64,000 nt of DNA from Moniliella sp. 'wahieum'. Its lineage: Eukaryota. The stretch is from assembly GCA_003971905.1 (NCBI GenBank), contig RSEE01000082.1, positions 62,001 to 126,000 on the forward strand, in the 5' to 3' direction. A program made the translations under genes and the position numbers. The notes below the pieces were generated by a model that did not search any database, was not told the origin of the DNA, and worked only from the letters and a program-made list of their open reading frames with translations. Of the stretch, positions 50,565 to 63,513 are shown piece after piece (position 1 is the stretch's first letter; every line of letters begins with the position of its first letter).

Positions 50565-50986
50565 TTATTATAGGCGACGTGAGGCCTGAGGACCCATGGC
50601 GATGGAGCTCCATGCTCGATTGCATATTGATGGAAGTGCTAGTGATCTGATCGATGATCCAAGATCCAGGATCAGCACGATCGACAGGATCATCGCTCTT
50701 TTTTCCCTGTTCCGGGTCCCACTCGCCCGCTTCCTTTGCCCATCTCAAACCCGAGCCTGGGGCCCCACATCCGGGCCGCAGGCGGCACGCGGCAGGCGCC
50801 ACATGGAGGTCACGTGATGTGGTACGCCCAGTCATCGATCATCGCTAGCAGACGCGTGATGGTGTGCCCACCACAACTGGTCACCGGTCACTCCACCCTC
50901 CTCCTCCTCCTGCTCTTGCGCACCACCTCCACAGCCCCCCCCTCTCCCGCAATATCCACCTACCAGTACGTTCGGCGCCGCCGCTG

Positions 50987-51073
50987 CAATCCAAGGAGCA
51001 ATCCAAGGAGCGATCCAACGAGCAATCCAACGAGCAATCCAACGAGCAATCCAAGGAGCACATGCAATCCAAG
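50987..51073. repeat. 12-bp tandem repeat (CAATCCAASGAG)x~6
   Basis: Directly visible. Confidence 0.9.
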
Positions 51074-51276
51074 TATGGTTGTTCGGGCAGCTGGCCGCGT
51101 TGCGCCGCCCCGCCCCCAGCTTGTCAGACGCTGAGCGCGAGCTTGAGTGCGAGCTTGAGCCCGAGCCCGATCCTGAGCACGGAACGGAGCTGGCGCCCAA
51201 ACGCAGAGCCCGAGCCCAAAGCGCAATGCGTTGCTGGGCACCGTTGTGGCCACTTATCTTCCTGCCTGGGTACCGA

Positions 51277-53517
51277 TTAGTCTACCCTTTTGATCGGGTG
51301 CAACAGGGCTGGTTGGCGACAGGAGGCAGGGTTGTCGCGCCAGACCTTGTAGATTTCCTTGGCATGAAGCGCATTGTAATAGTAACTGCTTTGGAACTGA
51401 AACTTTTTCCCCGCCAGCACGCGAATAAAACGCTTTCTTGTTGATCGTTTGTTCCAACGTGTGCGGTCGCCAGAGGTGGTGGAAGTAGATCGGGTGCGGG
51501 GTCGCAACACCCTTGAAGGGCAAGGCGAGCGTATGGGTGAACCCGGCCTCGGTTAAAACGAAGTAAATTTGCTCATGGGCAATTGCGAGTGGAGAACCAA
51601 GGTAGGTGGATAGGCTTCGCACGTGCAACGATTTTTTCGCTTCGGCATTCACCACGTTCATCGCCTTGAGCAGCTCGCGCGACAGACGTACATTCGTCCC
51701 GATCGACGCGCGACGCGGCGTCCGCGCTCCCAGTGGATAATTCGCCACGTCGTACTCCCAAAACCAGCCTGATCCTGGGATCAAACAGCGGAGCGAGCGT
51801 GATCAGGTCGGCTTCCGCCCCGGCTCCAGGCACCCAGTCGGGATGCGCTTCTTCCGCGGCCCATTCTCCGCCGCCGGGCGGTAAGTGGTCAGGTCGAGGC
51901 GCTTGTTGTTGGTGCGGGGTGCGCAGGTGCGGATCCCATCGTTGTTCCGATGCCGGCTCCCCGCGCACGTACCATGTCTTGTACTTGTCCATCCCCACGT
52001 CCAACGGTTCGTGCCGAGCAAACCTTCGATGCCTTGGAAAAACGTGTGATAATGTCCAGCGAGCGCACGTCCAGTTCCCAGTTCCACACAAAGTCGTACT
52101 CCATGTGACGGAGGTAGAACTTTTGCACCGGCATAAAGCAGCTGCGGTAAGACGTTTGCGCATCCATCTTGTCCAGGTACTGTCCGCCAGGCCTGGGTAC
52201 AACGTTCGCATCTCGTTTTCGCTCCAAAACTCAACCAGCGACCAAAACTCAATCGGTACCTCTTTCCGCAACAGCTCCAACCGGTCCGCCTCCGACGTAA
52301 ATACCGCCGCCGTCGCATTCTTCACCTCGACCAGGATCCGCACATCTTTCCGCACACACACGTTCCTCGACGCGTGCGGCGTCCAGTACCCGACCCCACG
52401 CGCGGGGGAATGGCCACAGTTCAATCCCCCTTCTACAAGCAGCGCGCGCACATTCAACACATCGTCTTCCCGCCACGCAAACCCTTCGTACGCACGCAAC
52501 ACAATCGCATCCGCTCGTCCGCCCTACGCACCGAGGGACGCACACCCGCCTCCGCAGCTGGCCGCGCAGGGTGCACACGTCGGTACGCCGTCGCAGTGCG
52601 GTGCGGTTGTAACACTCGTCCAGTAACGAACGCCAGTGCGGGTAGGACGATGGACCCAGTACTTCGGCCCGCCGGTTTTGGCGGTACAGACGACGACGTA
52701 GGATGGCTTCCCAACGCCGGTTGCCGGGATCTTTGCGCGAATCCGTACCCATCGTAGGGGGCGGTGTAGCCCACGCAAGGCATCGTACCCAAACTCTTCT
52801 CTTCCCGCGCATCTTCCTCGTCCCACACGCGTACCAGCGACTGTAGGTGCGCTACCTGTCCTGTGTCTGCGCCTGCGCCGGATTCTGCTTCGGTTGCGCG
52901 CCCGCATGCACGTGCCCCGTGCTGGGCGGCCAGGCAATGGGGTAGCACCCCGCTCGGATACGGGCAGGCGGACACAGCACCCACATTGGGATTGGTGTAG
53001 ATGCCAAATCGGGCTTGGTACGTGGTGCACTGCTCGGCACGTTGGCCTAGCAACCGATGGTCCCCGATCGCCGGACTGGGGTGCTGAGGAAGGCGTGTCG
53101 TACGTGGCGGTGGGGCGTAGGCGAACGGCACGCCCAAGGGACCGGGACAAGATGCGCTCCACGCGTCAGGTGCGGCCGAGAAGTTAGTCGCAGACACAGG
53201 CACAGGCGGGATGGAGGGTAGGGCAGAGGTAGGATCGACGCGCGGGTAGGTGAGGAAGCGCCAGGCAGTAAAGGTTTCGCCTTGTAGGTCTTGATGGTGA
53301 GGACGATGGTGAGGGTGAGGAGGAGGGCGGCCCACCAGAAGCGGAGGAAGGCGAGGAGGGAGAGACGGAGGAGAGCGGGAGGCGGTGGGGGCGGCGAGGT
53401 CGTGCAGCCGGCGGCGTGGGGGGGGGGAGCGGAGGAGGGGGGGGGGGTGCTTGGGGGGGCGGTGGGGGTAGTGCGGGGGCGCGGGGGCGGCGGGGCGAAG
53501 GCGGCGGAGGGGCGCAT
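51277..53517 (-). CDS. DUF3405-family type II membrane protein
   Basis: N-terminal TM anchor, then YRSCFMPVQKF...YDFVWNWELDVR, EADLITLAPLFDP, PRRASIGTNVRLSRELL.AM, HPIY, SYYYN, LLHPIK. Confidence 0.8.
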
Positions 53518-53736
53518 GGGGCAGGCGGAGGTGGGGGAGTGGGGAGCCCCGGCGCGGTTGGGGTAATAGAGCGAAGAACAGAGCGAAGAGCAGCCAACAC
53601 TGCGTCTGAGTACTCAGTCCACCACTCGTCCCTGTGCTTAATCGCAGCCAACCCAGCAGCGCGCGAGCGGCACACTAGGGTTGCCGCCACGCTGCGCTGT
53701 TTCAATTTCATGTCCCCGCCTGAAACTTGCAGGGGG

Positions 53737-56700
53737 ATGGCTTAAACGACACCTGCCCCAGCACTGCTCTGTGCCTCCTACGCGCCTAGCCACCCTCCTG
53801 CCATCTCTCTCGCGCGCCCCCCATAACCCACCTCCTCTGCCGTGCGCGCCATGCGCCCGCCGTCCCCACCCATCCGCACTGGGCGGTCTACACGCCCCTC
53901 CGCCCGCAGCAGCAGCAGCCCGCACACGTCGGCGGCGAGCCCCGCCCCGCCTCTGGCAGCCGCCGCCCGGCTATACCACTCTGTCCTGCGCCCGCACCCG
54001 CCCCCCGGCAACACACCTCGCCCACCCGGCCGCCCCCCCAAACACCGCCCGCCCACGCCGCCCTAACCACCACAGCACAAACGACCCCGCGCTTCTCCTC
54101 CTCCACAACAGCCGTCCCAACCCATCCCTCCCGCCCCGATTCCAACCAGCCTTCTCCTTTCCTGGCCCCACACCCATCAGGCAGTCCCACCACATAGCGA
54201 GTACGTGCTGCCCCATGACTATATGCACCCTTTCTAGTCTCTCATCGCTTCGGCTTGCGGCATTATATGCCGCATGTTTTGAGTGGTAGCAATGGTGTTT
54301 TAGGGGTTTGATTTGGGGTGTGTGCTGACCTTCTCCCCCCCCCCGCCTACCAGTCAGTACGCCGCACATTATTATCGCTTTGGGAGCCACACGCCGACAG
54401 GTGTTGGTGCGCTTGTTTGCCCAACCCTCCCACCAGCACTCGCCTCCCCCTGCCGTCGGCTTCCCCCACGACGAAGAGCCCACCACGCACGCTGGCCATC
54501 CCCTCACCACCCACTTCCCACCCGCGTTGGCGCTACGCGTCATCCACTCGCTCCAGGACTGGGTCGGCCCCGGCCCTGCACCCCACCCTCCTCTCTCCTT
54601 CCCACACCTCTGCCCCCAGCCTCCAGTACTCAGGTGGCAGGGTGGACCCAGGCTGTATACGATCGCTTTCAGCACCGCTTTTTTGAATCGGAGCGCGTTC
54701 TCGTCCAAGTACCGGGGGGCAGCAATACGACGCATATATCCAGCGTGTCTTTCCCCGCGCGAGCTCGTGTGGGACCAACATCGCGTTTCGATACTGCCTG
54801 CCGTTCTAGCCAGCGTTCAAAGGCGGAAGAGAACCAGAACAAGAAGAAGCAACGGTCGGGGTCCGTCCTCGCTCTCTCGTCCTACTTCTGTTAGTCTACC
54901 TACTCCCAAGTTTGTTCAAGCCATCGTCGCTTCGTCTTCCTCCCTGCCAGCTCCGCACGCCCAGTATGTTCCTCCAATTGGCCCACTGCCGCATGGACCA
55001 GCGCGGCGCACGTACCCACATTATCGGACACCGCGGACGATGTGGTTCATGTAGGAACTTTCCTAGCCTTGGATGCAGCCGTGGCAGAGAAGCTAATAGA
55101 TCCGGTCAATGAGTACCTCTATACCGTCCACTTGGTCCCGCCGCCGCCATCGTCTCACCCGTCTCAGCCACCTCTCCCCATCCCATGGCCACAGTTCTTA
55201 CACCAAGCCACCCCAACCCCGGCTCAGTATATGCTGGTTCGCGCGACCCAGTGCGCAAGCATCCACCATTCCTGGTCCCTGGCTTCGCCCCAGACGTTCC
55301 TCCAGAACTTGGTCGCAGTCCGTGGGGGAACGGGAACGCACCACCACCACTCCTCCCTCCGCTTGTCGTGCCACAAGACACTATGCGCGCAGGACATTGT
55401 GCTCCCTATTGGGTGCCTTGGCCTGCGCTTCGGATGGACCCGCCCATGGCCCTTTTGCTACGGTGATACGGACGGGCAGGACCAGGGTCACTGGGTCAGT
55501 GTGCGCCTGCTGCTTCTCGTATTTCTCGCTCGGTCTCGGTACAGGGACAGGGACAGGTCGCTCGGTCAGACCAGCAGGGAGAACAGCAGAGGGCGAACAA
55601 GAGGAAGAGGAAGAGAGGGAGGGAAGAAGAAGAAGAGGAAGGCCCCGCATTCAAACGGGCTCGAACAGACGGCCGGCATCCATGTCGTCCTGCTCCAACG
55701 GCCCTCGCGACAACAAAGCCACAAGATCCAGACTAGCTACGAATGAGCCAAGTTCTGACCGCGCCTCGGTCGTACCACTCCTACTACCCCCGCGGCGCTC
55801 CGTTCCCGCTCTCTTCTCTTTCTTCCCCTGTGAGCCCGGACGGATCTCTTCCCCCTCCCTCGAGCGACGTGGCCCCACCGTGATCGACCAGCTGAGAACC
55901 CGGCGCTGGATGACTTGATCCCACGCCGCTCCCTCGAGCAACTGGACCAAGCTGCGCAAGCGCAAGTAGCTCAGCACTATGCTTCTTGGGCTGTGCAAGA
56001 GAACGTGCGCAGAATGGAACGGCGCATACCGTTAGCCAAGGATACCACGTTCCCCCCTGGAAGATTTGGATGTGCTGGATACCCTCCGGACGTGTCTCTG
56101 ATTCTGAGCCCACCAGCACCAGTAACCGCACGAGCGATGGCACGAACAAGCTCACGAGCAAAACCACGAATGACAGGATTATACCTCTAGAGTGACCGAC
56201 CAACGGCATCATCAGCAACCCGCACCACGTTTGCTTCCGCTGCTTCGTCGTAGACCACCCGGCCTTGGCCGCGTGTTTGTCCCTCCCGCCGCATCCCCCT
56301 GCACTTGTCCCTGCCTGCCCTGCCGTTGCACCAGCGGTAGATGAACAAGGTGCCGGAACTTCCATCCTCTTTCACCCGAACCAGCTTGAAAATGTACGGT
56401 TTGCCTCGCCTCGGACGCATACCCAACCTGGCATCCAGGTCACGGGCACGATGCGATGCCATTGCCACAGCCACGGCAATGAAGGTGGCTCGGCGGTGGC
56501 GAGGCCGGAGGTGGTGAGGTTTGTGCAGGGAAAGAGCAAGAGGAGAAAACGGAGCAAGAGGAGGACATGACGCCTTCGTCGAGGAAAATGACCGTTTCTA
56601 CTGTGGTGGTGAGCAGCCCTACCCCTTCGAGCGGAACCCACCTCGTCCCACAACGCACCCTAAGCAAATCGCCCCCCTCCCACCACGACCAAGATGGGTA

Positions 56701-59306
56701 CGATCGGTACTTGAGCCAGCTGACCATCGGAATTCCAAGCGTATTCATCTCTGGCACCGACTGCATGCGTGCGCGCCTCTTCTCCATTGACCCGTTACGC
56801 TCGATGACTTCATGCGCTTGCAGATAGGGTGCAGGCGCGGCGACGCCGCAGAGTGGCGGTACGCATGCGGGCTTGCATGTGCATGTGCCTGCCGGACCGA
56901 AGGCAGGAGAGGGACCAGGAGCCGAAAAGCGGAAGGCAAACAAGGGGAAGAAGGGCAAGAGGAAGAAGGAAACGGATGTCCTTCTTTCCAAGGGAGGGTA
57001 CTGCCTCTTTTGGCTCGCACCTAGATCCCCCCGCTTCTCGTCGAAGTTCATGCCGGATTGCTCAACTGTCTCATCCGTGATCGTCGCCATGGCAGAGCCA
57101 ACCAGGGGCCCAACCAGTGACCCATCCTGGCGCCAAGCCAGCGTGCAGAGGGTGGAAAAGTCGATGGTCAAACCGTTGGCCAATAAGTCGGTGACCCTGC
57201 CCCCTTGTCCTTGGGCAAGGAGATCCCAGCGAGCCGGATTGTCCTTGGCAAGGAGATCCCAGCGAGCCGGAGAGGTACTCGTGCCAGAGTACCAAGGCCC
57301 GTGCCAGATGTGCAAGGAATAATCCAGATGTCTCAACTGACTGCCCAGGAAGACCGGGGAGACGAGCTGGACTTGGCAGAGGTGGGGAACAAGGAACGGG
57401 CGAAAGAAGGGGAAGAGGAGGGGATGACGAGAAATCAGGTGACGGATTCGTGCCTTTCTTCGTCTTGTTTATCTTGCGAAGAGCAAGTGGAAACGGGAGA
57501 GGCAACAGATGACTTGGCCTCCTTGTGGGATGCGGCCTACACGCTCTCCTTGTCCCTGGGTCGAGCGTGGGACGCGTCCTTATTCACGTCCCAATCGGCT
57601 CAGTCGGAGTGGCTCCACGTCCTGCTCGCTTGTCTGGCCACCTACCGCCCCTCGTCCGCCGACCCGCTCCCCGACCTGAACCCGAACCTGCACTTTGCCC
57701 CACACCCCAACCAGACCACCTCGCACAAAAATACGGATCAATATACTCTATGGCACCAAATCCTCTCTGTTCTCACAAGAAAGGCCAAAGGCCACCCCGA
57801 TCTTCTCAACCGTGAGGCCGCACGGCTTGACTTTCTAGTTGACGATCACACCAACCCACACGCACGTCCCAACACCCACACCAACCCACCCACCACCCAA
57901 AGAGAAAGGGAAGAGGCAAATATGTTGCTGGCACGGGCAAGTCATCCAAGGAAGCGATGCCCAACCATACCCTTTTCCCTCCCTCTCTATTAGCCCCCAG
58001 GCTCAGGCTCAGGCTCAGGCTCAACCAGAGCATCCTGTGCCTCTTCCGTTTACAGCGCACCTTACCCACCAGTACCTTGCGCTCAGTGCCACGCAACGGG
58101 TTACCCTGCTCACATGGCTCGTCGACCTCGTCCTTTCTACCCGCTCGGCCCGCAACTTTTTCGACCAATGTGCTGCCCGCCTCACCGACGTGCTCCACGC
58201 CAAGGCCCAGCTGGAGCGCCGCCGTGCTTGCCTGCAACGGTCCTGTGCCTGGCGTCGCGACGCAAATGGACAAGGGCGTAGCATGCAAACGCAAACGCAA
58301 ACGCAAACGCAAACGCAGACGCAGCCGCAAACGCAAATGCACATGCAGCGGATGTCTTGCGACCTAGCTCGGGCCTCGACTGACTCGACTGGCGCCACCG
58401 CTACCACCAATGCGCGAGGCGGTGATCACTTGGCCGAGCGAGACGCCCCCCACGGTCGTCTCCCCCGACAAAACAGGGGGGGAGGTACGGAGGTGATGAT
58501 GATGATGATGATGAGGTGCCAACGGCCGTGTTGAAAGAGGGACGAGCTCCTGGACCTGGATCAAGACGAGTTGTCGGAGCAGCATCCCGCCTGGCATGAA
58601 GAGGAAGACGAAGACGAAGAGGAAGAGGAAGACGAGGACGATGAAAAAGAAGAGGAGGAGGAGGAGGATGAGACAATGGAAGCCGGTACGCTACCCGAGC
58701 GCACCCATCTGGCCACCGAATGGGCCGAGCTGGAGCGAGAAGAGACGTGACTAAGTTGGGCGGCCTGGCGATGGCAACAGGATGCCCCTTTCCCCACTCC
58801 CTTGGGATACGACCGGTTCCACAATGCGTATTGGTGGTTTGATGGCGTGGCGGCTAATCCGGCACCTACCTTGAGTGCGCAGGAAGGCGAAGGCGAAGGC
58901 CACGACCATGGTGATGGCGAAGGCGATGGGGACCAGCCAGTGGGCTGGGTGGGGTGTTTGTACGTGTAACGCTGCGTCGGTGGAGGCGGTGGCCAAGATG
59001 AAACGCTGGGCAGACCATCCATCTCGGTGGGAAGAGGTGAGGACGCGGTGGCATGGTGAGCTGGCGCCCTTGGCGCCCACCTGGCCGGGCCAATGGGCGG
59101 CGTACACCACGCCCGACGAGCTGGATGCGTTGATGGCTCTTTGGTTGCGGAGCACTGCCGGCGTGCGGGAGCAGGAGCTCAAGTCCAAGCTGACACAACT
59201 CAAGCCCTTGATTGTCGCATCAATGATGAGCCGCGCTCCAGTTCACGCAGATACTGCCATGTGCTCCCCACGCAAGAGGAGAACCACGCCTCGAAAGAGG
59301 AGTTGA
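53737..59306 (+). CDS. ISWI-associated Itc1/ACF1-like chromatin remodelling subunit
   Basis: RFQHRFFESERV; WHIM1-like YLALSATQRVTLLTWLVDLVL; WSD motifs PLGYDRFHNAYWWFDG and WAAYTTPDELDALM.W....GVREQEL; acidic tract. Exon structure and start are unresolved. Confidence 0.7.
58284..58337 (+). repeat. (CAAACG)n hexamer repeat encoding poly-QT
   Basis: Directly visible. Confidence 0.9.
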
Positions 59307-59909
59307 GTTGACGGAGCAAGCAAGCGGGCATGACCGTTTTGACGGTACTTTTGGCTACATACGAGGCTCCATCCCACCTCACCTTCCTTTCCCTTCCTAT
59401 TTTTACTTTTCCTTTCCCCTCCCCTCCTCCCTCTTTCCTCTCCTTCTCTCCCTCTCCTTCTCTCCTGCTCCCTCCCATGCCCCCTTCTCTCCCTCCGTTC
59501 GCATTCCAGGCAACGCAATATTGATTGGCTGATTGAGTCGGCTGTCTCGTAGCAATTCCTGGCTGCGCCCGGCTGAGCGGCACGGGGAACTTGAAATGTT
59601 CTATTTGCAGCGGATGCAATGCAAGCACTGCGCCAGCGCCACCACACAGCACGGGGGCAGTGCCCACGCTGTCCCTCAGCGCCGCGCGCGCCTTCTCTGG
59701 CGGGGTCGTCACCTTCACCTTCACCTTCACCGTCACCTTCGCCATCACCGCCTCCGTCACCACCACCACCTCCTCCACCGCCACCGCCACAGCCCCCCCC
59801 CCCTCGCCATCGCCATCGCCCTCGCCGCCGGTCGGCTTCGCCCCTTTGTCCAGACTCAGCCCCAGCCCCAGCCCCAGCCCCATTCCCATCCGCACCGCCC
59901 CGCTCGACC

Positions 59910-61047
59910 ATGCTTCTGCGCCGTCCAACCCTCACGGCTGCTGCTGCCACCCTCGCTGCCGCTGCCACCCTCACCGTCGCCCAGGACACCGGCATCCCCT
60001 CCGACGCCAGTGCCCAGTGCCAGGCCTACATCAACGTCTTCAACCACAACTCAGACTTTAGCCAGTGCACCGACCCCCTCCTCTCTGCCGTCACGCAGTA
60101 CACCAAGGCCACCAGCCAAAAGGGCGCCACCCCCACCTCTGACGCCAACGCCCTCTCCACCGCTCTCGACGCCCTTTGCACCACCGGCGCCGGTTGCAGC
60201 GCCGCAACCATGAAGGGCATCGTGCGCAGCTTTGCCTCCGACTGCCTGCAGGACTTGGTGGCGCCTCGGGAAGATGTCGTGTCGCTGTACGACAAGCTCT
60301 ACCTCATCACTCCTTTCCAGAACGCCCTCTGCGCCAAGGACGACAACAACAACTACTGCGTCACGTGCGTTGCCCTTGCCCAACCCCTCTACGCCCTTGC
60401 TGCGCACCACCCTTGTCCATTGATGAGTCCCTCCTAGCGCCGAGTACTGAGTACTGACCCTTGGATGGACAGCACCCTCGCCGAGAGCGGGCAAGTGGGC
60501 AACGAAACCAAGCGCTCCCTTTCCGAAGAAGAGGAGGAGAGTGCCTACCATCGTCTTGCCGCGGAGTCGATGAGCTCACCGAGCTCAATGCCCAGCTTCT
60601 CGAGCGTGCCGGAAGCGGGAGCGGCAGCCTAGAGACATTTGACATTTCCGACAAGGACGATGGGTCTGCGGAGATTGTGTGGGCTGACTCGGGGTCGCAG
60701 GAGAGCCAAGCAGCTTCGACCAACTTGCCTTTCCTCTTTATTCAGCCCAACAGCCCAAGTCCATCTTGTGCGGCACCTGTGCCCAAAAGATCATGGCCGC
60801 GTACATTCAATTCGAAACCTCGATTCCGTACGCCATTGGACTGGCCAACTCGGACATTCTCCGCACCCAGTCCCCGCTGTACAAAGCCGGCCAAGCCACC
60901 TGCGGCGATCCCTGGGCCACACAGGTCAATCTCCTGGCTAATACCTCCGCGTTCGCCGAGGTGAGCGCGGCAGCGCGCTCGGCTCCCACCTGGGCATGGC
61001 TCGGCTCAGTGGCCGCCGCCTCGCTCGCCTTGCTCAGCTGGGCATAG
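59910..61047 (+). CDS. Secreted Cys-rich, probably GPI-anchored protein; intron ~60365-60472
   Basis: Signal peptide MLLRRPTLTAAAATLAAAATLTVA, spaced cysteines (LYLITPFQNALCAKDDNNNYC), and a hydrophobic C-terminal GPI-like tail. Confidence 0.75.
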
Positions 61048-61754
61048 CATGGGCTGGACCCCTGATTTCGCCATTCGCCCTCACCTCGCCTGCACACAGA
61101 TACCGCCTCCCTGGGCTGCGGTGGCCCAGGACCGTGTGCTTGTCACCCTCTCTCTCCCCTGCCTGCCCCGTATTTTGCCTGCTCTCCGCGCTCCTCTTCC
61201 GATCGCTCGCCTTCCTTCGTGTCCATCCCATCCCGTCTTCGCGGGTCCGGTTCCACCAGCACGACATACATGGCTGCGCGGCTGATCGACCCCTCTAGCT
61301 CTAGCGTCATGGTACCCTGCTCCATCGTTTCGTCTTCTTCATTTTGCCCCCCATAGCTTCCGCGCCACTCTTCCCTCTTTCTCTTTTTGTTACCGATCCT
61401 TTCTGTTCTGATTCTGTGGTCCATGCCGGCCATGGGTTTGCTTCCAGTCCTTACTCAGTACTCAATACTCATTGCCCAAGCAGAAAGACAGGCACTGCTG
61501 TTATGCTGTGCATTGCATTGCATTTTGTGCCCTGCTGCACATGCTACTTCCCCCCCTGCACTTCTACAGGCACCAACCCTCGCCCACCGAGCGCGTCCTA
61601 GTCCCATCCGCCCGGGCGGCCGACCGAGCTAGCTAGGCATTGATAACTTGACAGGGATGAGTATGATGAGTCGATGAGAAAAGTGGTAAAAAAAAGAATG
61701 CGTCATCCGGCTCCAATGAAGCCCGGAAAGCTTGAAGCTTGTAGCCGCCTCCAT

Positions 61755-63235
61755 CTAGCGCCTTACAAGTCCACGTAGCCAGAAAAACAACACGTTGTCA
61801 GTCACCATCGCAGCGCCGGTCCAGGCATTGTTGCGGGGCAGCGCATGCTGGCGACCAGCACCAGAAGATGGAACGCCTGCATACATCGACGACTCCAAGC
61901 CGACCGAAGCCAAGGCCTCGCGTCGGCGGCGGGACAAGAGCCGCGCTCGCGTCGGTCGATGCAGCATTTGTCGCGCCGACATGTTGAACTGGAACGCTCG
62001 GCCTTCGAGGGTATGCGCGTACAAGCAATCGTCTGGGAAGAATGAGGGGGGGGGGAAAGATGGGGTCAGATGCGCTCCGCACTTTTTTTTGCGCTCAACG
62101 ACACTAAGACAAAAAAAAGTAAGCCGAGGTGGCAGACACGTACCGGCAAACGGACAGAACACCCCCTCGGGCTGGAGCAGGGATTGGGTAAAGTGTTTGC
62201 AAGGTTTGTCCTTGAGGGTCTGACGATAGGTACGGATCAAGTGACGCTTGCTGTCCCCCTTGACGAAAAAGGAGGCGGGCACAACAAACATGCTGATCGT
62301 CCGGCACAGCGGACAAGTCTTGTGCGACGCGCTGCGCTCAAAAGGATCAACGGCCGGGTGCGGTGGCGAGGAGCGCCACGAACGAAGACAGTCCAAACAG
62401 AAAATATGGTCGCACCCAGGTAACAGACCATACGTCTCGGGTACCTCGTAGCAAATCGAACACAGCGGCCGCGTCGAAGGAGGCTCAGCGCCCGGATCAG
62501 TCAAAGTGGCTTCGCGTGCCTCGGCAGCCATCTGCGCCACTTGCTCCGCGTACCCACCTGGAGCAGAACGAAGCTGGTGCTGGAACCAGCATTCGTCCCC
62601 ACGCCCACAAAAACCTTTGCTGTAAAAGTGACACGCTGCCTTGATCTTCCCCTGACGGGAGCGGGGGGAGAGGGACAGAGGAGGCAGCGTCGAGGATGGT
62701 CTGGATCGCAGTCTCGGACAACTGCATTGGGGCAGACGTAGAGGCAGTGGTAGTGGAAGAGGAAGTGGTAGCGGGGGTGGAAGCGGCAGTGGAAGCGGCA
62801 GTGGAAGCGGCAGCGTGGCAGCGGCAGTGGAAGCGGCAGCGGCAGTATCAGAGGCAGAGGCAGAAGCAGAGCTGGCCACGGGCTGTGGGGGCAAAGACCC
62901 AGGCGCCGACGCGTTCTCGGCCGGCCGAAAGAGGAGGGTGTGAAGGAAGCGGCACTTGGACCCGCGTGCGCAGCCCTGCGCCGAGGCAAAGTGGGTGCAG
63001 GGAGTAAAGCGCGAAGCACTGGAGGATTCAGCACCCGCCCCCTCCACCACCAGGTCAGGGGAGGCGGAGCCAGCTTGGGACGGCGGCTGGGCCGCTCCGA
63101 GTGCTTGAAGCGGCAGGCAGACCCGCGCGCACACCGCCGAGGCGTGGAAGTGGCGTGGAAGTAGCGGGGTGGGCGTGGAGTCGGCGGTGGTGGCGGGGGG
63201 GTGGCGGTGACGACGGGCGGCGTCGGGGTGGCCAT
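61755..63235 (-). CDS. Makorin-like CCCH/RING E3 ubiquitin ligase; intron 62033-62143
   Basis: Three N-terminal CCCH fingers, RING CSICYE...CDHIFCLDCLRSWR...CPLCR, and a C-terminal CKHF...CPF..DCLYAH finger. Confidence 0.92.
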
Positions 63236-63513
63236 GGCGGGGCAGCGAACAGCGGTGGAGGCAGCCAATCAGCAGCCACTGCGGGTGTCGATTAGAGTAG
63301 CAGCCCATCGCAGCCGCACACTGCAACTTTCAACAGTGTGCTGTTACGTCATCCTCGGCCGCCGCTCGTTCCGTCGGGACGTTAGTGGTTGGTTGATTGG
63401 GTGCGCAGCCATTATTAACCTTGCCCCCACCCCCACCTTCCACCCCACCTTCCACCCCCCCCACCATGCCTCCACCACCGGCTTTGGCACGCTCGGCCAG
63501 CAGACGCGCGCCC

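Noticed and set aside
50864..51280. Small gene with QSKE/QSNE repeats
   Set aside because: The ORF is explained by the 12-bp repeat and low complexity, with no other support.
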